The notes under the pieces are model-generated. The model was not told the DNA's origin, did no database searches, and worked only from the letters and a program-made list of their open reading frames with translations. Positions 12,246 to 22,900 of a DNA stretch of 64,000 nt are shown here, in pieces. This DNA comes from Euprymna scolopes (taxonomy: Eukaryota), in assembly GCA_053919585.1 (NCBI GenBank), contig CM132815.1; one strand, 5' to 3'. The stretch's first letter is position 1. Each line of letters opens with the position of its first letter. A program made the position numbers and the translations under genes.

Positions 12246-12291
12246 CCTGTTGTTGTTGAGCATCATTCATGATGATGACTTTATTTCCCCA

Positions 12292-12462
12292 ATATTATTT
12301 TATTAAGAATTCTTTCTAGAATGATATTTGGTACTTACAGGAGGGACCATGTGAAGGTTGCCAACATCACTAAGTGAAAGTATTTCTGTAGAACGAACTG
12401 GATTCGAACTTGACACACTCAGGTTGTCAGTCTGTGTTGTTAACCACTGAGCTACCGTCACT
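12292..12462 (-). mobile_element. tRNA-derived SINE
   Basis: Minus-strand A box TAGCTCAGTGG (~12444-12454) and B box GTTCGAATCC (12400-12409), with an AT-rich tail. Confidence 0.7.
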
Positions 12463-12466
12463 TTCC

Positions 12467-12467
<1 letters not shown>

Positions 12468-12547
<80 letters not shown>
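12468..12547. repeat. Compound (CAT)n(TAT)n microsatellite
   Basis: Direct reading. Confidence 0.95.
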
Positions 12548-12548
<1 letters not shown>

Positions 12549-13110
12549 TGCGGGACCTGTGGAAATTCCACAGTAGACTCATTCATATGTAATATATTGA
12601 TGTTGGCATTCTGTAGATGTTCAGTGTAAATCGAGACGTCCTGATATTATTGTAGCTCTTTTTGTTAAAACTGCAAAAGTATTTGTCCAAGTCAGCAGGG
12701 ACACCCAGCATAGCCTGGTCGTAAAGTATGCTTAAATATATTTTAATTCTTGCAGATTTCGTATATATCATTATAGGGTTAATGTTCTTTCGAATTTTAT
12801 ATGTAATAAAGTTGCGATTTAAAAAATAAAAAAAATATATCCATATGACTTAGGTGCATCAGCTTGAATTGAAACCAAAACTTATAAAAAAAACGTGTGT
12901 GTATGTACATAACTTGAGTTCCTTCAGCTATAATCGAAACCGAGAGCAAAACTTATCAACAATTCTTAGTAAAATGATTTATTACAAGAAATGGAAATTC
13001 ATAACAATTAAACAACTCAGATGTAAGCGTGACACATAAAGTAAATAAAAAACACGTACGCTATCATATTAGTATATATCATATTAGTATATATCATATT
13101 AGTATATAGA
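12547..13110 (-). mobile_element. Non-autonomous Helitron, copy 1 (3' CTAG degenerate)
   Basis: Hairpin CTGTGGAA-A-TTCCACAG at 12557-12573. Minus-strand 5' TC at 13110. Colinear with copy 2. Confidence 0.7.
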
Positions 13111-13721
13111 CTAGCAGGACCTGTGGAAATTCCACAGCAAACTCTTTCATATGTAATATATTAATGTTGGTATTCTATGGATGTTCAGCGTAAATGGAGA
13201 TGCCCTGATATAATTGTAGCTCTTTTGTTAAAGCTACAAAAGTATTTATCTAAGCTAGCAGGGACGCTCGGTGTAGCCTGGTCGCAAATTACGCTTAAAT
13301 ATGATATTTTGATTTATGCAGATTTCGTATATATTATTATAGAATCAATTTTATATTGATTCTTATATATTATTAAGTTAAGATTTAATTTTTTTTTTAA
13401 ATATATCCATATGACTTAGGTTCATCAGCTTAAATTGAAGCCAAAACCAAAACTTATGAAGAAAAAAGATGTTCCTTTAGCTATAATCGAAACCAAAATT
13501 TATGATGACTTCTTGGTAAAATTGTTTATAAAAAAAAAAAAAAAAAGATGACTTGAGGGTTATCAGCTCTGAAACCGAAACCAAAACTTATGAAGAATTC
13601 TTAGTAAAATTATTTATTACAAGAAATGGAAGGTCATAATAATTAAACAACAGTCACTCGGAAGAATAAAGATGTAGGTGTGACACACAAAATAACACAC
13701 GCTATCATATTAATATATAGA
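13111..13721 (-). mobile_element. Non-autonomous Helitron, copy 2
   Basis: Minus strand A|TC...CTAG|T termini (CTAG 13111-13114) with a subterminal hairpin at 13121-13137. Confidence 0.78.
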
Positions 13722-14284
13722 TTATTCATGTTATTTTAACAATGTTTCAGTCGATCTTCTTCAAATGTCTCCTTTTGAACTTGGGAATCGATATGGAATT
13801 TCGAATTGAATTCTTTAAGTAGGTCAAAGTGTTAAGTAATTTTTATTTTATGTGTAGTTATTATCACCTGTAATGAGGATGAAACCTTCAACCACAAATT
13901 GATATCATCTAGTTTATGGTTGGTTCATGTTTCAAAATTTTTTAGATGAGGATTGATAATTTGGATTATTCGAACTATTGTTCTTATCTTGGATGTTGTT
14001 TTCGCAACATTTCAACCTCCATGAAACTGTCAATTAGAACTGATTGGTAAAGGCGTTGATTAACAGTTTTTTGGAAGCTAATGGTTCAATTCTTACTGCA
14101 GGCGATAATAACAAAGCTTAACATAATAATTAATTAACACTTCTCCGCAGTCATTGCTGACGGAACAAGGACAATCTATCTCTATGAACTGAATAAATGG
14201 ATCAGTCCGAAATTCCATATTGCTATCACAACGAAAAAAGAATTTACTGTCTTTCTCCAGATGCCTGGCATTAGGTTGAATTTC

Positions 14285-14546
14285 TATGCGCAAATCACCT
14301 TTGCAAGGGCTCTCTGTTCACAGAACTGACTCCCTGTTGATTACAACTTGATCATCTTCAAATCCAATGTCAACAAATTCTATCGTTATAAGTAATAATA
14401 CATTTATACCATTGATCAGTGTAATCCCATAGTGGCCCTCATCTTTCGGCTTGAAATCATTTTTGTCTCATTAATCCTTACCCTCCAGTGGCTCTTGACC
14501 TTGATATGTGCTGACTTAACAGTACCCCCCCCCCCCGAAAAAAAAT
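14285..14546 (+). mobile_element. Old LINE 3' end fragment
   Basis: gattacaacttgatcatcttcaaatccaatgtcaacaaattc and taatccttaccctccagtggctcttgaccttgata resemble 11047-11200. Confidence 0.55.
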
Positions 14547-15529
14547 TCTGACATTCGAAGCTTGAAAAGATACACTTAAAGAAGATCGGATATTACATCG
14601 ACCGAAATGTGAAAATAATAACTAAGATAAGAATAGTAGTCTGAAACAAATTGGAAAAATCCACATAATACAAACAATGAGGTTTAACACTATGGATATT
14701 TTTATGAGTAACCATCAAGTAACAGTCTTCTGGAGGTTGACGGTTCAATCTTTAATTCTGGTGATATTAACTAAAATCTATATATTTTGCTTGTTTTGGT
14801 TAGTCCATATGTTATGCTTTGAAAAAGGTAAAATATAATATTTTCAAGATCAAACTGCTTCAAAAAAGGCCAAATTCTAAAAATTTGGCTTTAAAAAGGC
14901 CAATCTGTCAACCTTGGACAAGAATATAGGAGTGATCACCTTTTGGTGTAGCCTTGTTTACGATTAGCATTATAATAATATATGATCATTGTTGTAATGG
15001 TGTAAGAAAGGAACTCATAGTAATCACAACGTGTAGTAGTTCTTCAGCAAAGAAAGAAGTCAGTGAAGCGTTACATAAAAAAAGGGAACATTTGAAAGAA
15101 ACAAAGCCAAAAAGAAGAACATTGTTTGCCAAGAGATGCTGGACTGAAGGAGTAAATTGAAGATTGTCTCTTACAATGTGATTTTATTATTTGTATTGAA
15201 CTATGTAGCACAATATTACTTTCTGAGTATTTATTAGTACTTTTTTTATTTTATTTTTTATTGCATTTTTGCCCCAAACAAAGCACTGTGCAACTTTAAT
15301 GTAGGGGGCTACTATTTGGGTCATAATTTACAGGGATACTATGTAGGGAGTTGAGCAGCAAGATGTCTGTTTACATTATGCTTGAACTTTTGCATGTCAA
15401 TACAGTTAGGGAGCAGGAACCCGGAAGGGAGTTCTAAAGTCTATCAGTCCTAGAGAAGGAACTATTAGAGTAGAAGGATTTTTACCCAGCAAACTATTCT
15501 CTCCCAGACTTTCCTCTGCAGACAGAAAC

Positions 15530-15968
15530 CACTTCCTCCCAAATATTCCTTTATGGACAGAAACCACACTAGATGGTCTGAAAATCACCCCTTCTCAAGT
15601 ACATGATATCATAAAAACCCTAGACACCTTAAAAGCATGTGGACCTGATCTCATCCCAACTGTACTATTTAAAAAAATGTTCTGCTGAGGTTGGTCCAAT
15701 TCTCTCCAAACGTTTCAACAAATGCCTTAACGAATCTTGTTTTCCTGATTGCTGAAAAACTGCTTCTGTGGCACCAATTTACAAGAATTTTGGCGAAAGA
15801 ACTGATCCATTAAATTATCGCCCCATTAGCTTCCTCCCTCTTTTCGCCAAAATATTTGAGTCCAAAATTAATCAAGCTCTAGTCCACCACCTCACAGCAG
15901 CTAAACTTCTGTCAGACCAACAGTATAGGTTTAGGCAAGCTCGTTCTACTGCAGATATCTTAACTTGT
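15530..15968 (+). mobile_element. Internal LINE fragment (pre-RT/RT N-terminus), disrupted
   Basis: KACGPDLIP...CFPDC*KTASVAPIYK...NYRPISFLPLFAKIFES...QYRFRQARSTADIL. Confidence 0.85.
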
Positions 15969-16979
15969 TAATTTATCTCATTTGGGTGAGTTCTATATTT
16001 ACAATACAATGGACACTATTTTCATAGAAATGTTAATAAACTCATATTGGCTGTGTGTTATAAGTTTTTCTGTCCAAAAGTTCAGTTCAGATTTCTGTAG
16101 TGGTTCTCGAACTTGGCAAAAAGGTCCCAGAGTTCAAAAAGATGCACTTGAAGAAGATCAGAAGTTACATTGCCCAAAATGTTGTGAAAATAACAACTAG
16201 GTTGAGAATAGTTGTTGAAAAATAGTTTGAAAAAATGCAAATAATACAGATGATAACTTAGTTGAAAGGTTTTGATATTTTGATTCTAATTGAAATCAGT
16301 TTTATAAATTGAATCTTTATGTCGGACTCTGGAATTTGTATGGAATTTTGAAATGATGCTTTTATTCACTCAACTGAGGCAGATTATTAAAAAGAAAGTG
16401 TTGGAGAATCTTTCTTAGACTTTCTTAGACTTAGAAACTTTCGCATCTTGTAAGTAATGCATGAGGCAGTCAAAGCATACCATCGTTTTTTTTTTATGTG
16501 AAACCAGATTCAACACATCTCACCAATTTCTTCCCGATGCAATCAAATCTTTCTTGATTTCTGTTTCCAGTTTGTTTGTGGTCTTCCTTTTCTTTTTCTA
16601 TCAGGGGTTCATTGGAACACTTGGTTGGCAATTTTCTCTGTGGAAAATCTTAGGGTATGTCTGGGCCAACCTAGACATCATTTGCAGATTATTGACGATA
16701 CTACATGTTTGTTAGTGTGGTCTCTCATTTCTTCGTTGATAATTTGATCACTCAATTTAATCTCTATAATCTTTCTAACGCACTTAAAATCAAACGCATC
16801 TAATTTCTTTTCTGGGCTGATTTTGCGATGTTAAGTTTCACTTCCATATAGCAGTGTGGACAAAACGTTGCTGTTATATTAATTCTGAATGTGAATGTTT
16901 TTGTTTCTTCAGATTTTTCAGAATGTTTCACAAATTTCTAAATAATTTAATAAAGTGAATTTTCGTTTTTTTTTTTCAG

Positions 16980-19900
16980 GGCCGAAACCGAACTTGATGC
17001 TTATTCTTGTATTCTACATGCTAACCTCCAAGCCACTGACTATTCACAGCAAAAAAAATCAATATGATATCGGCATATCCAATGAGCCGATTCCACAAAG
17101 ACCCCCATCCCTAATCAGTAAAAAATATTTCATAAGTTCTGCAGCATCAAACGATAAAATACAGAGATTAAATCAAAATAGTGCAGAACAAAGATCAAGT
17201 GACCATTCCATTAAGCAATCGCAATCTGGGGATGTAGAGTCAACATTAAATCGTTCAGAATTAGATGAAGACATTGATTTTAAATTTCAACGGTTCATAA
17301 AAAATAATCATTCCATCTTGCTCACAAATAAACATGAAAGAAATAATAGAGAAAGTTTCTTGATGAATTCTAGAAAAAGTATACCTGTGTATAGTAATCC
17401 TCTTAGAATGGAGCCAATATCTTTTTCAAAAAGTAGAATCTTAGTAAGTAATAGCATAGAGTCGAAAGAAAGAAATGTAAATAGTGTTAAACCTTTGAGT
17501 AAATTATATTCACAGCCTGGCTCAAATATAAAACATATGGCTATTAGACATAGAAGAGTTTCAGATAAGAATTTAAACAAAAATGTCAATTTGATCGATA
17601 CAGTTACAGATAAAAATCTAATGAATAATGTTTTCAAATCCTCAATCAGTTATTTAAAGAATGATGTAAAAAGTAAAATGTCGAGAATAAAATATATAAA
17701 TGCTGAACAAGATGAACTTTTGAAAAAAACGAAAAACTTTTTAATAAAATCATCAATGAATTTTGATACATTAAATCAAAATGAATTTTCAGATAAAAGT
17801 TTTATTAGCCTTCTTGATCTTAAACGACAGCAAAATCATCCATCATATAATTCGCTATCAATAAATTTCAGCAATTCAACTACGAATGTATATTACAAAA
17901 AGGTGTTTTATTTTTATGCAAACAAAAATGAAAGCAAAGATAATCTTCCAATTATTGTTGATAAAAAGAATTTTCAAAGAAATGGTGAGGTTGGCTCAAG
18001 CAGAAATAAAACCAATACGACCGCGAATCAAAAATTGATTCAATTATATGCACCGACACAAAAGAGAAATAATCACGAAATATCCACAGAAATATATTCC
18101 TTGTTTAAAAAAATAAATAATGATCCAAAGGCTCTTTCTTTACCTCAAAGCGCAACTGTGATATCTACGATAGACCAAGATCAAATCGATGTAAATAATG
18201 ATCAAATGTATAAAAGAAGTTCAAATGAATCAGTTGAACCAAACTATAAAAAAAATTATTCCATGTTAAAGAAAGGAGAGAATTTGACTGACAATTCAAC
18301 ACTTCATAGACATTTTATTCAAAAGAGTCAACCAAAACTCAAGAACAGAACTCCATTTAGTCTTGATAAAAAAACGATGACCTTTGTACAGAACATCTTC
18401 AGCAGCAACAAGACGAAGAAAAACAAAAATTCAGTATTTTCTCCATCTAAAGGAATCGTAACAAGCAATAAAACCATAAGCAAAAATGCTTATCGAGCAC
18501 AAATTATTCAACGTAATCATTCCACAACTTCCAGTATATTTCCTATTCCTGTGCCTTCACTCAAATCATTTCATCCTAATATCAAAAACAAATCTTTTGT
18601 GCCTTCCTTGAAGCCTAAGAGTCACAAAACAAACATTACGACATCAAAACAAACATACAGTCATTTGTCAGCATCTAATGTGCCTATAAATATGAATCAT
18701 GACGCGTTTAAACCATTTTTTAATAATTCCTTTTATACAAAAATTACTAATTCAGACAATAACTATAAATCACTTCAATACAGATCAAAACGGAATATCA
18801 TTTCCAAATTTCACAAAGAAATTCAACCTGTAAATAATTATACTCATATCTTGATCCCATCGGACATGCCCGAAAATTCCAAAGATCAGGTTTTATTAAT
18901 AACAAATAGAGAAAACGTTTATATAAATTCTTCCGCATCGATCTTAACAGTTTTTAAAACAGTTAAAATTATGGAAACAGACAACGCAGATTATGACGCA
19001 TACAATGATTGCTTTATGGAAGAATCAACTGAAATGACAGACGTTACAGAAGATACACCTTTAATGTTAAATGATTCGTATCTAAATGATAACGGAAATA
19101 TTTTATCACAGCATAAAAGCGAATGGATTAACGGAGACGTATCATTAAGCGGCAAAGCAAGAAACATTTTAAAAAACCCGTTCAATTCACGGAAAGTTCC
19201 CTATCCTATTTTTCACACAAACCAATTAAGCAAAATTGAGGTATCCCTGCATAACGAGCCGGCAGCTGGTGCTCTCCAAGAAAATGGATCGATTGGAATT
19301 TCCCTTGTGTGTATCCATGGATCAAGTTTTACGACAACTGAAGAAAACATAAATATTACGTTGAATTGTTCTTCATCTGATAACATTGCTCCGAAATCTA
19401 CGGATATAATAGTATCGCTATACTGTAACCCAGGAACCGAGACGAAAACCGACAGAGGAAAGATTTATGTATCCTTATATTGTTTACCTGGAGAAGGGAC
19501 CAAAGGTGAAGGTTCCACAATTCCAGTGAGTCTTCATTGCACAAGTGAATCCGGACATTCGCCATATAAAGAATTGGTCCACGTATCATTATATTGTGCA
19601 CCTGTTAAAAATGAAACGTCCGTATTGGAGGAACAAAGAAATATAACCAAAAAAGAAACGAAATCTTCGAAAGAATTTGAAAAGGCCACCGTGCCGAGAT
19701 CTCGGCATATCTCTGCAGTTACAAAACAAACACTTTTTGTATCTTTAAAATGTACGACTCGACGTGGTTTTTCTGCTGACGGGAAACGCATAGAAGTATA
19801 TGTGCACTGTATGCCCGGACCGATTTCGGAAACTACATTGACGACGTCTTATAGGACACGTAAAATCAAGGCAAGAGATAAAAACGGACGGAAAAAGATA

Positions 19901-22900
19901 TGTCCATACAGACGATGGAAGAAGAAAAGGAAGAAAAAGAAGAAGAAAAAGAAGAAAATATGCCTAAGTGTACCAGAGAGAAAAGTATTTTCACAAACAG
20001 AGTCAACAAAAAAGCCGATTACGTCACAGCGTTTGACCGAAATCAAAATAAGGAAATCGACCAGATTTTCAAACCTGACAAAATTACCAATTATACTGCC
20101 AACTGAAATTGATTCAAAGTTCCAAACAAAGTTACACCCTGCTATCTTATCAAAACATTTGACGAAAACTTTTATAAAACCATCTACTAGATATGCTCAA
20201 AAGGAAAAGAATGTTACTGATGTTTCAATATTTCCTATAAAGCTTCAGACAAAAATTCTAAAACTGGACAATCGAACTCTGATTGAAGATAAAATGAGGA
20301 CAGCAATTACTTACAAGCCATTAACAAAACGGATACACTTATCAACATCTACGCTGCGTAATGGCGAAGAAGTAAGCATGTCAAAATATAAATCAAGCAC
20401 CGTCAAACCAAGCGTCTATTTATGGAAAACAGTTACTTTGTCACAAATAGAGCGTGACCTGAGAGATATGCTAAGGAAAAAGGTTCGACAAAGTTTTTTT
20501 TCTTTCCTAAAAGAAATACCGACATCAGAAGCTAGTAAATCGATAATTCTAAAAATTGTCAAAGGTTCAGAACACCCAACTCTGAGCACATCATCAAAAA
20601 AGCTATTAGTTACATTCACTGAATCTCCGACATCAGCACTAACAACATTAAAACCGAGAAGCATGCGTGCATTTGTGCCTTTTATAACAAGCGCTGATGA
20701 ATTACAATTTCCTATATCATCTGCGACGTCTATGAGAGTTCTTCCAGTAACAACTATTAAACCATCAACAAAAGAACAAACACCAGTGTCAACTCGAAGA
20801 ACACCATTAAAATATACCACAACTCCATCTTCAATAATCACATATAAAATACTGACAATCACACCAAAACCTATTGCAAATTTTACCTTGTTTAGACCGC
20901 TATCACGTAAAATGAAATTACCATTCTTAAAACCACAAACCGCAACTGTAAGAGAGTCTCTCAAGTTTCCATCATCATCATCATCAGCAGCAGCAGCAAC
21001 AGCAACAGCAACAATCAAACCGTTCATACCAGTGACGAGGGTCCCATCTATTGTGAAAACCGTTTCGAAAGAAATACCATTTCCAAGTAAGGCAAGTCGA
21101 AATGAAACCATACCAATCTGGAGGAAATTTGTCGATTTAAAAAGCGAAACGCTGAAATCAACATTAATAGCAAGTAAAATGCCAGAATTAAGCAGGAAAC
21201 TTGCGCCAAGTTTTACATCAGTGTTAAGTAAAGAATCACAACCCTCTTTGAATATGACATCTTTATCTACATCACCTATGCATCGTATGCTGTCAACACT
21301 AAAATCTAGTTTTACAAATATTTCAAAGGGAAGTCGGATTAAAGAGGCAGAACCGACCTTAGTTTATGCAGATGAAATAGTGCAGAAAGAATATACAACC
21401 AAAGATACCAAACAACAAATGACCGATAAAGATACAGGGATGTTGATTACACCGATGCCCCTACGGGCACCCCGTTACGGAGACACAGTTTATCATTTTG
21501 TTGATTTTGATCAAGTTAAAGAACAAGATTTAAGCCGAGACATATCTCCTGAGAAAGACCAATTTACAGAAAGTTATTTTAACACAACAGAAGCAATGGA
21601 TATGAGAGAAACATCATTCGTTGATCTAACAGATGAGCCAACACCTGATGATACGAAGAAAACCACTTACATTGAGAGTACAGAGGATGTGTCTGATGAA
21701 TACTTGATTGGATCTTCAAGTCCTTATATCAAGAGTGATGAATTCTCAACAATCACGCCCATAGATGACCAGGTGGAATCCTCAACTATATCCAGCCGAT
21801 CAAAAGATCTTTCGACTGATCTTGTTTCACAAGATGACCAGATCTTTTCGAAAGCATCAGCAGATCTAATGGAAGAAGATACATTTACTGGTCAAACTAT
21901 TAGCATCGACGAATCGTTTGTTTTTCTCCCTCTTCCAAGCCCTCCTGCACCAACTGAAATGCTGCACGAAACCTTAAAACCTGAAGAATTTTCCACACCG
22001 ACCACAGATGCTGAAATATATAGCAAGAAAGCTGATTTGAAATTGATTTCAACCCCAAAAGATGCTGTGCCATCAAAGACATCATTCAAAGATTTAGCTT
22101 TTACAGACAGCATGAACAAAACACACGGATCCAAACATACAACGGTAATAAAGGACTTAGAAGAAATGGTATCGGAACCAGTTGAAGAATTAAGTTTCAG
22201 TTCTAAATTGCAATCAAAAGATTATTTCTCATCGACAGTTGAGAAATACAGACGTAAATTAATAGATGATGAAAAGCTTGAATTATCAACAAAAGATGAC
22301 TTTTTAACCAAACTTACTGCCTCAAAAAATGTAACTTCAATTAAAACGAAAGCTGCTAAATCAACTGAACCTTCATTTAAAACAGAAACTGCTAAATCGA
22401 CTGAAACTGCTAAATCGACTGAACCTTCATTTAAAACAGAAACTGCTAAATCGACTGAAACTGCTAAATCGACTGAACCTTCATTTAAAACAGAAACTGC
22501 TAAATTGACTGAACATTCATTTAAAACAGAAACTGCTAAATTGACTGAACTTTCATTTAAATTGGAAACTGCTAAATCGACTGAACCTTCATTTAAAACA
22601 GAAACTGCTAAATCGACTGAACCTTCATTTAAAACAGAAACTGCTAAATCGACTGAATCTTCATTTAAAACAGAAACTGCTAAATCGACTGAACCTTCAT
22701 TTAAAACAGAAACTGCTAAATTGACTGAACTTTCATTTAAAACAGAAACTGCTAAATCGACTGAACCTTCATTTAAAACAGAAACTGCTAAATCGACTGA
22801 ACCTTTATTTAAAACAGAAACTGCTAAATCGACTGAACCTTCATTTAAAACAGAAACTACTAAATCGACTGAACCTTCATTTAAAACAGAAACTGCTAAA

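Noticed and set aside
12385-12462. Functional tRNA gene
   Set aside because: A and B boxes are present but the acceptor stem does not pair well and a SINE-like body and tail follow.
12043-12592. ORFs with poly-His, poly-Met, poly-Ser or poly-Tyr
   Set aside because: Translations of trinucleotide microsatellites.
13740-14650. Further Penelope/hammerhead-like relics (gaagatcgga...cgaccgaaatg)
   Set aside because: Core nucleotides are too degraded to support a call.
15530-15968. LINE fragment ends at ADIL, where the 9955 fragment begins (ADVL): possibly one rearranged element
   Set aside because: The order is reversed, the overlapping codons differ and the decay levels differ. Coincidence is more parsimonious.
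19900-20106. + ORF with poly-Glu (MEEEKEEKEEE)
   Set aside because: Alternative frame of the poly-Lys tract in the main ORF.
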